A stretch of 46,863 nt of DNA from Lentisphaerota bacterium. Lineage in GTDB: Bacteria; Verrucomicrobiota; Kiritimatiellia; RFP12; JAAYLN01. The translations under genes and the position numbers were made by a program. The notes under the pieces are model-generated. The model saw only the letters and a list, made by a program, of their open reading frames with translations, was not told the origin of the DNA and ran no database searches. The number at the start of each line of letters is the position of its first letter. Within the stretch, counting starts at the first letter, position 1. The stretch covers positions 1 to 46,863 of the forward strand of contig JAAYLN010000019.1 in assembly GCA_012521875.1 (NCBI GenBank). The letters are read 5' to 3'. Below are positions 7,927 through 16,998 of this stretch, in pieces.

Positions 7927-8694
7927 TCAATACCACACCTGCCACAGGAACAGCCCCTGTGGCGGTGCGGTGGGCACGCGGGCGGTGCGGGGAGCCTTTT
8001 CGGCCAGTAGTTGCGCCACCGCCCCGGGCGGTTCGGCCCCCTGCCCTATGCGCATCAGCAGCCCCACCATGCTCCGCACCTGACGGTACAGAAACCCGCT
8101 CCCCTTGACGCGGAACTCGACGCGCTTGCCGTGGCGCCTGAACTCGCACTCCATTATCGTGCGCACGGTGCTCTCGACCGCGCGCTGGGGATTGGCCATG
8201 AAGGCCACGAAATCATGCTCGCCTACAAAGTGCGCCGCCGCCTCCTGCAGCGCATCCATATCCAGCGGCCGCCGCACGTGCAGCGCGTAGAGGCGCTTGT
8301 GCGGCGGCATCAGGTCGTCGTTCCAGACGAAGTAGCGGTACTCCTTGGCCACCGCGCTGCGGCGCGCATGGAATTGCGCATTGACCACGCGCGCGCCCAC
8401 GATGCGGATGTCGCCCGGAAGGCGCGCATTGAGCGCCAGCCGCAAGGACCGGGGTGTTATGCGCGTGCCGATATCGACATGCGCCACCTGTCCCATGGCA
8501 TGCACGCCCTGGTCGGTACGGCCGCTGCCGTGAACCTTGCAGGGATGCCCGACCACCGCCTCCATCCTGGATTCCAGCATCTCCTGGATGGTAAGGTGGT
8601 CGGGCTGTACCTGCCAGCCGGCATACGCGGTTCCGTCGTAGGCTATCTTGAGACGGAAGCGGCGCGTGGGAGGGCTAGAGGTATTTGGCGGCAT
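7927..8694 (-). CDS. truA: tRNA pseudouridine(38-40) synthase TruA
   Basis: 255 aa. Contains RLKIAYDGTAYAGWQVQP and the catalytic-Asp motif GSGRTDQGVHAMGQVAHVD. Confidence 0.9.
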   Translation of the reverse strand: MPPNTSSPPTRRFRLKIAYDGTAYAGWQVQPDHLTIQEMLESRMEAVVGHPCKVHGSGRTDQGVHAMGQVAHVDIGTRITPRSLRLALNARLPGDIRIVGARVVNAQFHARRSAVAKEYRYFVWNDDLMPPHKRLYALHVRRPLDMDALQEAAAHFVGEHDFVAFMANPQRAVESTVRTIMECEFRRHGKRVEFRVKGSGFLYRQVRSMVGLLMRIGQGAEPPGAVAQLLAEKAPRTARVPTAPPQGLFLWQVWY

Positions 8695-9760
8695 CGGGAC
8701 GGCGCGCGATCCGTTGAACCATCTGCTTCACTTCCTGCGCGCGTTCGCGGGGGCAGATCAGCGTGGCGTTATCCGACTGGATGACCACCAGATCATGCAC
8801 GCCGATGAGCGCCGTCAGGCGGTTTTCGGAGACGACGATATTGCCACCGCTGTCGATCGACTCGCTGGAGCCGATGACCACGTTGTTCTTCTCGTCGGCG
8901 GCAAAGTGTCCGGCCACCGCTGGCCATGTGCCGACATCGTCCCAGCCGAAGGCCCCATAGGCCATGATGATGTTGTCGGCCTTCTCCATGACGGCGTAGT
9001 CTATGGAGACTTTGACCAGGTTGGCGTAGGCGACCTCCAGCAGCGCCTGGAGATCGGCGCTTGACTGGGCGGAGGCGGGAATGTCGATCAGCACCTGCAG
9101 TTCGGGCACATGCTCGGCGATCGCCGCCTGCATCGTGCGCACATGCCAGATGAACATGCCGGCGTTCCAGCAGTAGTTGCCGCTGGCGACATACTGGGCG
9201 GCGCGCTGGGCGTCGGGCTTCTCGACGAAGCGTTTGGCCTTGTTGAAGCGCGTGGCGGTACGGAACTCGAGCGCCTCGCCGGCCTCGATATAGCCGAAGC
9301 CGGTCGCGGGATAGGACGGCGGGATGCCGATGGTCACGATATGCTCCCCCTGCGCGGCGGCGGTGAAGCTGTCGCGCAGTGTCTGGCGGAAGGTCTCGAT
9401 ATCGGACATGAGCTGGTCGGCAGTGAGAATGGCCGCCACGCCCTCCGGATCGCGCGCGGCGACAAGGCCGCAGGCCAGCGCGCAGGCGGCGGCGGTGTCG
9501 CGGGGCACCGGCTCGCCGATCAGGTTCTCCGGCGGCAGTTGGCGCGCGACATCGGCGGTCGCATCGAGCAGGTCTTCCGCCGTGATGATCAGCGTCCGCT
9601 CGGGCGGCACCACGCCCTCGAGGCGTTCGAGCGCCAGTGCGATCAGCGGACGGCCGCCGAAGAGCGAGATGAACTGCTTGGGACGCGCCGCCGTGCTAAG
9701 GGGCCAGAAACGCTCGCCACGGCCACCGGCGAGGATGATTGCGTAGTTGTGTGGGTTCAT
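8675..9760 (-). CDS. Mannose-1-phosphate guanylyltransferase (nucleotidyltransferase only, no cupin/PMI domain)
   Basis: MNPHNYAIILAGGRGERFWPLST is the sugar-nucleotidyltransferase G-loop, and the length is about 361 aa. I chose the ATG at 9760, which overlaps the coaX stop as ATGA. The ORF track extends to 9790. Confidence 0.8.
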   Translation of the reverse strand: MNPHNYAIILAGGRGERFWPLSTAARPKQFISLFGGRPLIALALERLEGVVPPERTLIITAEDLLDATADVARQLPPENLIGEPVPRDTAAACALACGLVAARDPEGVAAILTADQLMSDIETFRQTLRDSFTAAAQGEHIVTIGIPPSYPATGFGYIEAGEALEFRTATRFNKAKRFVEKPDAQRAAQYVASGNYCWNAGMFIWHVRTMQAAIAEHVPELQVLIDIPASAQSSADLQALLEVAYANLVKVSIDYAVMEKADNIIMAYGAFGWDDVGTWPAVAGHFAADEKNNVVIGSSESIDSGGNIVVSENRLTALIGVHDLVVIQSDNATLICPRERAQEVKQMVQRIARRPDAAKYL

Positions 9761-10527
9761 TGCTTTTCCTTCTGGTAGTCGTAAAGCCATCCGATCCCGT
9801 AGAGCGTTAGATCGGGATCGATGACGAAGTTCATGTTGAGCGGGTTGGCAAAGCGCGCGGCGAAGCCCCCCGTGGCAATCAGACGCGGCTCGCCGTCTTC
9901 AATCAGCGGCAGGAGCCGTGTCACCGTCTCGCGTAGTGTACCACAAAAGGCCGCCTCAATGCCAAACCGCATCGCCCCCTGGGTATCCTTGGGCAGGCGC
10001 GGGGCCGGCCGCAGCCACCATTTGACGTCGGGCAGCAGCGCCGTGTAGTCGTAGAGCGCGCGCGCCATGATGTCGGGCCCCGGTCCGATGACACCCGTGA
10101 AGAAGCGCCGGTCGGACGAGATCAGGTCGTAGGTCACAGCCGTGCCGATGTCGATGACCAGTGCCGGTGCCCCGTAGCGTGCTAGGGCTCCCGCGATGTC
10201 GGCCAGGCGGTCGGCACCGGTGGTTTCGGGGTGCCTGTAGTCGAGCTTCATCGGCAGGCGGATGGTGTGCGTCAGCAGCAGGGTGTCGAGTCCCGTCTCG
10301 CGCTTGACGAGCCGCTTCCACGCGTCGTTGGCCGCCGGCACGACCGAGGCCAGCATGGCACCATCGAAACGCCGCCGTCCCTCCACGACACGCCGCACGG
10401 CCGCCGCGCAGCGCACAGCATCGTTCTTGATGCCACCGCTGATCGAGGTCGCGCGCGTGATTCGTCCGTTGGCATAGCAAGCGACGGTCGTCGAGCTGTT
10501 TCCCGCATCAATGACAAGTACGGCCAT
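9757..10527 (-). CDS. coaX: Type III pantothenate kinase
   Basis: 256 aa. The N-terminus is MAVLVIDAGNSSTTVA (ASKHA phosphate-1 motif). DIGTAVTYD and ATGGFA motifs are typical of CoaX. Confidence 0.85.
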   Translation of the reverse strand: MAVLVIDAGNSSTTVACYANGRITRATSISGGIKNDAVRCAAAVRRVVEGRRRFDGAMLASVVPAANDAWKRLVKRETGLDTLLLTHTIRLPMKLDYRHPETTGADRLADIAGALARYGAPALVIDIGTAVTYDLISSDRRFFTGVIGPGPDIMARALYDYTALLPDVKWWLRPAPRLPKDTQGAMRFGIEAAFCGTLRETVTRLLPLIEDGEPRLIATGGFAARFANPLNMNFVIDPDLTLYGIGWLYDYQKEKQ

Positions 10528-10543
10528 ACGTTCCTCTCATTTC

Positions 10544-11416
10544 TCAAACCACCGACCACTCCAGCGCGAGGTCGACCGCCGGTGCCGAATGGGTCAGGCA
10601 GCCGAGCGACAGGGCGTCGACGCCCGTCGCCGCGACATCGCGCGCCCGTTCTAGAGTGATGCCGCCCGAGGCCTCGGTGAGCGATATGCCCTTGGCCAGC
10701 TTCACACACTCGGCCATCATTTCGCACGACATGTTGTCGAGCAGCACCCACTCAGGCCGGGCGCGCAGGGCGCTCTGCAGCTCCTGGATGGTCTCGACCT
10801 CGACCTCGACCACCAGGTTTGGGAAGCGCTCGCGGGCCGCCTGTACCGCGAGGTCGAGGCGGTCGGGATCGTTGCCGGCCCAGAGGCGGCGGTGGTTGTC
10901 CTTCATCAGGATGCGGTCGTAGAGCGCAAACCGGTGATTGACCCCGCCGCCGCAACGCACGCTGTACTTCTCGAAGAGGCGCAGTCCCGGCGTGGTCTTG
11001 CGCGTATCGAGCACCTGTGTGCCGAACTCCCTGACCGCCGCCACGAAGCGGCGCGTCAGGGTGGCGATGCCGCACATGCGCTGCATGAAGTTGAGCGCGG
11101 TACGCTCGCCGGTGAGGATGGCGGCGGCCGGTCCGCGGAAACGCAGGATGGGGCCGCCGATCGGCGCCTCGCAGCCATCCGGCACGATGGTCTCGCATAC
11201 AATTGATGGATCGATCCGTTTCAGCACGGCGGCAGCCACACCGCCACCCGCCACGCGGCACGCCTGGCGGGCGAGGATCTCGCCGGTCGCCTGGATGCCG
11301 GGATCGACCAGCGCTATGGTTGTGGCGTCGCCGGGACCGACATCCTCCTCGATGGCGCGGTCAATCGCCTCGTGTACACGCGGATCGGCAAGCAGATCAG
11401 GCAGCAGCATCAGCAA
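10544..11416 (-). CDS. nadC: Nicotinate-nucleotide pyrophosphorylase (carboxylating) / quinolinate phosphoribosyltransferase
   Basis: 290 aa. Contains GERTALNFMQRMCGIATLT, LDTRKTTPGLR, KDNH and SGGIT motifs. Confidence 0.9.
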   Translation of the reverse strand: MLMLLPDLLADPRVHEAIDRAIEEDVGPGDATTIALVDPGIQATGEILARQACRVAGGGVAAAVLKRIDPSIVCETIVPDGCEAPIGGPILRFRGPAAAILTGERTALNFMQRMCGIATLTRRFVAAVREFGTQVLDTRKTTPGLRLFEKYSVRCGGGVNHRFALYDRILMKDNHRRLWAGNDPDRLDLAVQAARERFPNLVVEVEVETIQELQSALRARPEWVLLDNMSCEMMAECVKLAKGISLTEASGGITLERARDVAATGVDALSLGCLTHSAPAVDLALEWSVV

Positions 11417-12621
11417 ATCCTCCAGTGGCTCTCCATCTCGACGCAGCCGTCGAAGGTCAGCCGGTTCTCCACCTCGAACGACAGCGCATGGTCGACACGG
11501 TGGTAGTGTGTTAGATGATCGGACGAATGTACCGCAAAGGAGATCAGGTAGTGGCCGCTGGCCAGTCCCAGGCGCGGCAGCTCAACCTCGATGCTCCCCT
11601 GCCCCGCGACTTCCGGCACGGCAAAGCCGGCGATCTGCGTGTTGCTGCCATGCACCTCGCGCCCCTGGCGGTCGGAGATGGCGAAGCCGAAGACCGGCGC
11701 GGCCACCGGCTGGGCGGCACTGTAGTGCAGGCGCAGGCGCAGGCCCTCGTCGGACGGCACGCAGGTGGCCGGCGTGTTGTCGAGGCGCAGCAGCTCCGTG
11801 CGCACCACGCGCACCTCGCCGCTGCCCCATTCACGCCGCGGCGGGGCGTCGGGCAGTCGCGCCGCATCCTGGCGCTGGTAGGCCGAGACCATCTCATCGG
11901 GAGTACCGAGCCCCTTCACCTCGCCATGGTCGAGCAGCAGGATGCGATCCGACACCGAGCGGATCGTGTGCATATCGTGCGAGATGATCAGCAGGGTCTT
12001 GCCGGCGTTGCGGAAGGCGCGCATCTTGTCGAGGCACTTGCGCTGGAAGGCGGCATCGCCGACCGCCAGCACCTCGTCCACCAGCAGGATGTCGGGATCG
12101 ACCTCGACGGCCACGGCAAAGCCGAGGCGCACGTACATGCCCGACGAGTAGTACTTGACCGGCTGATCCATGAAGTCGCCGATACCGGCGAAGGCCGCCA
12201 CGGCATCAAAGCGTTCCGCCATGCGGCGGCGCGGTATGCCCATGATCGCGCCGTATAGAAAGACGTTCTCGCGGCCCGTCAGGTCGGGGTGGAAGCCCGC
12301 GCCAAGTTCCAGCAGCGAGGCCACCGTGCCATAGGTGCGCACGGTGCCGCGGCTGGGGCGCAGCGTGCCGGCCACAATGCCCAGCAGCGTGCTCTTGCCG
12401 GCGCCGTTGGCACCGATGATGCCCAGCGTCTCGCCGCGGTTCACGGTAAAGGAGACATTCCGCAACGCATGAAAGGGCGGCGCGCGACGGCTGGGACGCA
12501 GGGCGTCCAGCACAGTCGATTTTAGTGTGCGTCCGGGACCGTGCATCCTGAAGCGCTTGTCGACGCCCTCGACGATGATCGCCGGCGTGCCGGCCTTTCC
12601 GGTATGGGGGGCGCGGTTCAT
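11410..12621 (-). CDS. Polysaccharide/teichoic-acid-type ABC exporter ATPase (Wzt/TagH-like) with a C-terminal extra domain
   Basis: Walker A GANGAGKST, signature YSSGMYVRLGFA and Walker B ILLVDE are present. An additional C-terminal domain of about 150 aa resembles the one in Wzt proteins. The stop overlaps the nadC start, and the start overlaps the permease stop (ATGA). Confidence 0.85.
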   Translation of the reverse strand: MNRAPHTGKAGTPAIIVEGVDKRFRMHGPGRTLKSTVLDALRPSRRAPPFHALRNVSFTVNRGETLGIIGANGAGKSTLLGIVAGTLRPSRGTVRTYGTVASLLELGAGFHPDLTGRENVFLYGAIMGIPRRRMAERFDAVAAFAGIGDFMDQPVKYYSSGMYVRLGFAVAVEVDPDILLVDEVLAVGDAAFQRKCLDKMRAFRNAGKTLLIISHDMHTIRSVSDRILLLDHGEVKGLGTPDEMVSAYQRQDAARLPDAPPRREWGSGEVRVVRTELLRLDNTPATCVPSDEGLRLRLHYSAAQPVAAPVFGFAISDRQGREVHGSNTQIAGFAVPEVAGQGSIEVELPRLGLASGHYLISFAVHSSDHLTHYHRVDHALSFEVENRLTFDGCVEMESHWRIC

Positions 12622-13430
12622 AGCACGTCTCCGAAGTTACCCTCAGACGACTGGAAGAGGGCCAGTCCAGCTACCAGCACACATACGGACACCGCCGCCG
12701 AGATGGCAAAACCACCCGCCGCCGGTGCCAGTCCCAGGAAAAAGGCGCGGTAGGCGCCCAGGATGCCGGTCATCGGATTGAGATAGACCAGCCACGGGGC
12801 TAAGTCGTAGGCGGCCAGGAACTCGATCTGGCGCGACGCCGGGTAGAAGACCGGCGTCAGGAAGAACCAGGCCATCGAGGCCACGCCGATGATGTGCTCC
12901 GTATCGCGGAAGAAGACGTTGGAGGTGGCGATCAGCAGCGCCAGGCCGAGGCAGAGCGCCGTCTGCGCCAGCAGGGCCAGCGGCAGCCAGCCGACCGGGC
13001 CGAAGGCCGGACGGGTGAAGGCCAGATAGGCCAGCAGCACCAGCAGTGTCAGCAGGAAGTTGAAGGCGTTGGCCAGCACCATCGCCAGCGGCAGCAGCAG
13101 CCTCGGGAAGCGGGCCTTCTTGATGAGGTTGGAGTTGCCCGTGATGGCGTGCAGGGCATCGTTGAAGCAGGTCGCGGTATACTGCCATACGATGATGCCC
13201 GTGATCAGGTAGGGCATGAAGTCGAACGTCTCCCCGCCGATCATGCTGGTGCGGATGCCCAGTATGCCGGCGAAGATGGCATAGATGGCGATGAAGCAGA
13301 TGGGCGTCAGCAGCGACCAGAAGAAGCCCAGCACCGAATTCTTGTAACGGATCTTGACGTTGCGGACGACCAGCATCAGCAACAGCTCGTGCCGTTCAAG
13401 CCATGATGTACCCGAAAAGGACATGGTCAT
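12618..13430 (-). CDS. ABC-2 type polysaccharide exporter permease (Wzm/TagG-like)
   Basis: 270 aa with about six hydrophobic segments. The N-terminal LLMLVVRNVKIRYKNSVLGFFWSLL is the typical ABC-2 permease signature. It is first in the operon. Confidence 0.85.
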   Translation of the reverse strand: MTMSFSGTSWLERHELLLMLVVRNVKIRYKNSVLGFFWSLLTPICFIAIYAIFAGILGIRTSMIGGETFDFMPYLITGIIVWQYTATCFNDALHAITGNSNLIKKARFPRLLLPLAMVLANAFNFLLTLLVLLAYLAFTRPAFGPVGWLPLALLAQTALCLGLALLIATSNVFFRDTEHIIGVASMAWFFLTPVFYPASRQIEFLAAYDLAPWLVYLNPMTGILGAYRAFFLGLAPAAGGFAISAAVSVCVLVAGLALFQSSEGNFGDVL

Positions 13431-13435
13431 ATTAG

Positions 13436-13465
13436 ACTATAAAACCCCGCCGGGGGATAGTTCAA
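13436..13465 (-). promoter_or_regulatory. Candidate sigma70-like promoter placing the transcription start at or next to the permease ATG (leaderless candidate)
   Basis: The minus strand reads TTGAAC-18nt-TATAGT-ctaat-ATG. No Shine-Dalgarno motif is present. Confidence 0.3.
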
Positions 13466-13497
13466 AAAACAAGGGCGTGTTGGAAGGGCGAGAAACA

Positions 13498-14364
13498 GGG
13501 TTCGGGGTTCAGGGTTCAGGGTTCAGGGTTCAGTAACGCCGACCGCCCCTGCGGGGCGGTTGGAACAGGCCAGAGACGCCACTATGTCGCGAGCTTTGTC
13601 GGTAATTTTGTCGCCTTTGTCGAAAGCGGCTTTTTTCCTCACGGAGGCACGGAGACACAGAGGCGCGGAGAGGGGGTGGGAGAGAACCGTTTGCGACACA
13701 ACTCAGTTGTATCGCAGAAGAGGGTAAAAATGTTCCAAAGTTATGGGCCGGCGCCTGTACCGAACCACCCCGCACGCCGCACCGGCACAGGCTCACGGTA
13801 CGGCAACCGAGAGGTAGGGCGAGCCGTCCACGTCACGCCGCTACGCGGTGTGACCGGCGAGCCGCACAAAGGCGATGAACCGCCAAGACGCCAAGAGCGC
13901 CAAGTGAATTTCGTAATTTTACATTTGTGATTTGCGATTGGAGAGCTCGCGCTCGTTCTCGTCCTCGAGCCCCGGTACTGCCGGTATTGCCGGCGGTGGC
14001 AAGCGTCTGCTTGCCCGCGAAACCGAGGACGCGCAGACGCTCGTCCCTCCCGTGGCTGCGGCCCCGGCGTTTTGTCTGATGCCCTGCGTGCGGCTAGCCG
14101 GGACGGCTTCGCCCTACCTGTGCTGGCGCGCTTCTGCATGAGCGCCTCCCTCAGTGTGGCGCGGACATTCCTGTCGTGGAAGACAAGGTGTAGGAGACAA
14201 GATGCAAGCGCGGAGCACACACTCTAAACCCTCTCTTAAACTCACTCTTAAACTCATTCTTAATCGGCACGCTTACTCCACCCGCTTAATCTTTAGCTTT
14301 TGACAAAGTGTGGGGACAAGGTGTGGAGACAAAGTGTTGGGACAAGGTGTGGAGACAAGGTGTA
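13498..14364 (+). repeat. Mosaic intergenic repeat block
   Basis: Modules in order: (GGGTTCR)x5 (13498-13532). Hairpin gaccgcccc-tgc-ggggcggt. Module b (13580-13627). cacggaggcacggagacacagaggcgcggag words. Module ggtagggcgagccgtccacgtcacgccgctacgcggtgtgaccggcgagccgc..aaccgccaagacgccaagagcgccaag (13813-13904). Reverse cacaaat words. Module f (13966-14135). The left half of the palindrome module (14152-14176). Modules c and d in reverse orientation (14208-14364). Confidence 0.9.
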
Positions 14365-14476
14365 TTGTTTACCCCTGTCACTAGCCGGTTAAGTGCCGCC
14401 ATGCCGCGGGATTGACCCGCCCCGCCAAACCAAGTACGATTGCCCCCGATTGGCGTATGCTGGCGGGAAAAACAAG

Positions 14477-16372
14477 ATGAAGAGAGACAATGTTGAGCTT
14501 GCGGAACGGAATGGACCCTGGCCGAGGGAAAAGGCCTGGGCGTGGCATGACGCGCAGCCTTGGTATCGCGGCTGCAACTACATGCCGGCGAGCGCGGCGA
14601 ACCGCGTCGACCAGTGGCAGTCGCACGGCAGCGGGGCGCGCTTCGCCGAGGTGGAACGCGAGTTCGCGCTCGCCCGCGAGGTCGGTTTCAATGCGATGCG
14701 GCTCATCATCGAGTGGCAGGGTTTTGCCGTCTGGCTGCAGGAGCCGGACGCCTTCCGCGCGAACTTCGAGCGCTATCTCACGTTGCTTGATACGTACGGG
14801 ATGCGCGCGTTCGTCGTCCTGGGCAACGACTGCTCGCGTCCGAAGTACATGTGGTCAATGCCGCAGCTTGGCGAGCAGTCATACGACATCGGGTACCACG
14901 GCGGGCGCAAGAGGACGCAGCATGGCAGCTTCAGCGAACCCGGCTACCTGATGGTGGACGAGCCCGGCTACCGTGAGAAGTTCTTCGCCTTCTGCCGCGA
15001 GCTCGTCGGCAAGTACGCGCACGACCGCCGCGTCGCGATGTGGGAGATGTGGAACGAGCCGGGGGCCAGCAACCGCGGCATGATGTCCGCGCAGCTCCTG
15101 AAGGATCTCTTCGCGCTCTGCTGGAAGATCGATCCCGACCAACCGCTTGCGGCCAATCTCTGGAGCTCGGGCACCCGGCAGGTGGCGAACGGCGGGGAAC
15201 CGCCCGAGATACAGCGCCTGGCGCTCGACCTTTCGGACGTCATCGCCTATCACGGCTATCACGACGCGGCGCTTCAGGAGAAGCTCGCGGACGCCTTGTC
15301 AAGGCGCTGGGGACGTCCCCTCTACAACACGGAATGGCTCCAGAGGATGGGCGGCTGCGAGTTCCCCGACAACTACGCGTTCATGGCCCGCCGCAAGATC
15401 GGCGCGTTCAACTGGGGTCTGGTCAACGGCAAGTACCAGACGCACGAGCCGTACGAGCCGATGTGGAAGACCAAGTTCGACTTCCGGGGCGGCGATCCGA
15501 CGCGCTGGTTCCACGACCTCTTCCGCATCTCGCACCATCCGTACGATCCCTACGAGATCGCCGTGGCGCGCAACATCAACGCCTGGGCGGATCTCGACAG
15601 CAAGGGCGAGTCGCTGCGCGCGAAGATCGCGCGGTCATGCAAGATCACGGACGAGGACATGTGGTACGGCTACCGGCGCACGAAGTTCGACTTCGGCGGA
15701 CGCGGGGCGTGGATCGTCGAGCCCTCGACCTTTGCCGCCGGGGGGATGCCCTGGACCTGGACGATGCAGTGGGCCGAGGCTTTCGTCGACCGCACGGGCG
15801 TGCTTGATCTTCTCAAGCGCGGCTACCACCACGTGACGATCGACCTTTTCGATACGCGCATGGACGGGAACGGCCTCGAGGCGGCGGCCGCGTACCAGGC
15901 GTTTCTCGTGAAGGAACTCGGCTTCGCGCCGAAGGCCAATCTCGTGGGAATGAGCTGGGGCGGCTTCTTCTCGACGCGCTATGCGGCGGCCTATCCGGAG
16001 AACGTGCGCAGGATCTGTCTTGACGCGCCGCTCCTCAACTTCGACGGCTTCGCCAATCCCGACTACGGGCGCATCGGTATCTGGGCGCACCGCAGGCCGG
16101 CGGACGGCGTGTGGTCGCAAGACCCCGAATTGCCCATCAACAAGGCGGAGGAGATCGCGGCCGCCGGGATACCCGTCCTGCTCGTCTACGGCGGCGCGGA
16201 TACCGTTGTTCCGCCCGCGCATAACTGCCTGCCTTTCGCGGAGCGCTTCAAGGCGGCGGGCGGCACGCTCACGGAAATCCCGCGTGATCTCTTCGGACAC
16301 CATCCGCACGGGCTCGACCCGGACAAGCTGAAGCCCATCGTCGACTTCCTCGGGCCGGATGAGCAGGCGTAG
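14477..16372 (+). CDS. Clan GH-A (GH5-like) glycoside hydrolase fused to a C-terminal alpha/beta-hydrolase (esterase) domain
   Basis: The N-terminal half has a TIM-barrel glycosidase signature: GFNAMRL, and VAMWEMWNEPG containing the NEP acid/base motif. The C-terminal half has the nucleophile elbow GMSWGG, then VLLVYGGADTVV and a terminal GHHPHG (Ser-Asp-His type). I chose the ATG at 14477. The ORF track extends to 14393. Confidence 0.7.
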   Translation: MKRDNVELAERNGPWPREKAWAWHDAQPWYRGCNYMPASAANRVDQWQSHGSGARFAEVEREFALAREVGFNAMRLIIEWQGFAVWLQEPDAFRANFERYLTLLDTYGMRAFVVLGNDCSRPKYMWSMPQLGEQSYDIGYHGGRKRTQHGSFSEPGYLMVDEPGYREKFFAFCRELVGKYAHDRRVAMWEMWNEPGASNRGMMSAQLLKDLFALCWKIDPDQPLAANLWSSGTRQVANGGEPPEIQRLALDLSDVIAYHGYHDAALQEKLADALSRRWGRPLYNTEWLQRMGGCEFPDNYAFMARRKIGAFNWGLVNGKYQTHEPYEPMWKTKFDFRGGDPTRWFHDLFRISHHPYDPYEIAVARNINAWADLDSKGESLRAKIARSCKITDEDMWYGYRRTKFDFGGRGAWIVEPSTFAAGGMPWTWTMQWAEAFVDRTGVLDLLKRGYHHVTIDLFDTRMDGNGLEAAAAYQAFLVKELGFAPKANLVGMSWGGFFSTRYAAAYPENVRRICLDAPLLNFDGFANPDYGRIGIWAHRRPADGVWSQDPELPINKAEEIAAAGIPVLLVYGGADTVVPPAHNCLPFAERFKAAGGTLTEIPRDLFGHHPHGLDPDKLKPIVDFLGPDEQA

Positions 16373-16373
16373 C

Positions 16374-16390
16374 ACGGGCATCCTGCCCGT
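16374..16390 (+). terminator. Hairpin ACGGGCA-TCC-TGCCCGT, 2 nt after the stop codon (possible terminator, no U tract)
   Basis: A 7-bp perfect stem follows the TAG (16370-16372) directly. The following sequence is attccgg, which is not T-rich. Confidence 0.25.
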
Positions 16391-16448
16391 ATTCCGGGGC
16401 GGGACGCCCATGCCACGGGGGAACCTGCAAAGGCGCAAGGAACGCCAA

Positions 16449-16840
16449 GGTAAGCGGTGTGACCGGCGAACCGGACAGTTGATAAACCGCCAAGACGCCA
16501 ATAGCGCCAAGTTTAAGTCAATATTCCGACTAGCCGCCCCGGCCAGAGTACCGCCTTCAGGCGGAAGTGGTTCAGGGGCTTCAGCCCCGTTCCCATGCCC
16601 TTTTTTCAAGAAAAAAGGGCTTCGCGGGTCTGAAGGCCCTTGTTGACTTCCGGCTGAAGGGGGTGTTGACTTATTGCAAATCCCTGCTGCATTTTTATCA
16701 GGAACTCATGAAATCAGGAATTTGTTTGTGGATACCGCGCATTCTTGCACTTATCTTGAGTTCTTGAGTTCCTGATTAATCCGCGCGGACAATAAATCAA
16801 CAGTCCCTGAAGCCGGTACTCCGACGCGACTGCGGCACCC
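16449..16840 (+). repeat. Mosaic repeat: ccaagacgccaa words plus a chain of TTCAG/TGAAG-loop hairpins, interrupted by a MITE
   Basis: The chain ccgcc-ttcag-gcgg, ggggc-ttca-gcccc, gccctttttt-caag-aaaaaagggc, gggtc-tgaag-gccc, ccgg-ctgaag-ccgg spans 16537-16659 and resumes at 16813. A near-identical, uninterrupted copy lies at 46644-46795. Confidence 0.9.
16660..16806. mobile_element. MITE-like 147-bp AT-rich insertion with 17-bp imperfect terminal inverted repeats and a 6-bp duplication
   Basis: The TIRs are GGGGTGTTGACTTATTG (16660-16676) and CAATAAATCAACAGTCC (16790-16806), matching at 14 of 17 positions. The element is flanked by CTGAAG (16654-16659 and 16807-16812). The paralogue at 46757-46775 reads ccggctgaagccggcactccg with nothing inserted. 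Confidence 0.7.
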
Positions 16841-16998
16841 ACGTAGATACTGTACCGTCAGCCGCGCAAGACCAACCACAAAGGCAGCACGGTACGGCGG
16901 GCACGCGGCGGGGACGCCGCGTCTACCACGCTGCCCCTTCAGCCTTACCCACCGCCCCGCGTCCCCTCACCCTTTTACACTCTCCTTTTACACTCTTC

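Noticed and set aside
13498-13532. (GGGTTCR)x5 as a telomere-like or G-quadruplex repeat
   Set aside because: There are only five units in an internal chromosomal position. It behaves like the many other 6-13-nt word runs in the mosaic blocks. The G-runs of three, separated by TTCA, could in principle form a weak G4, but nothing supports a function.
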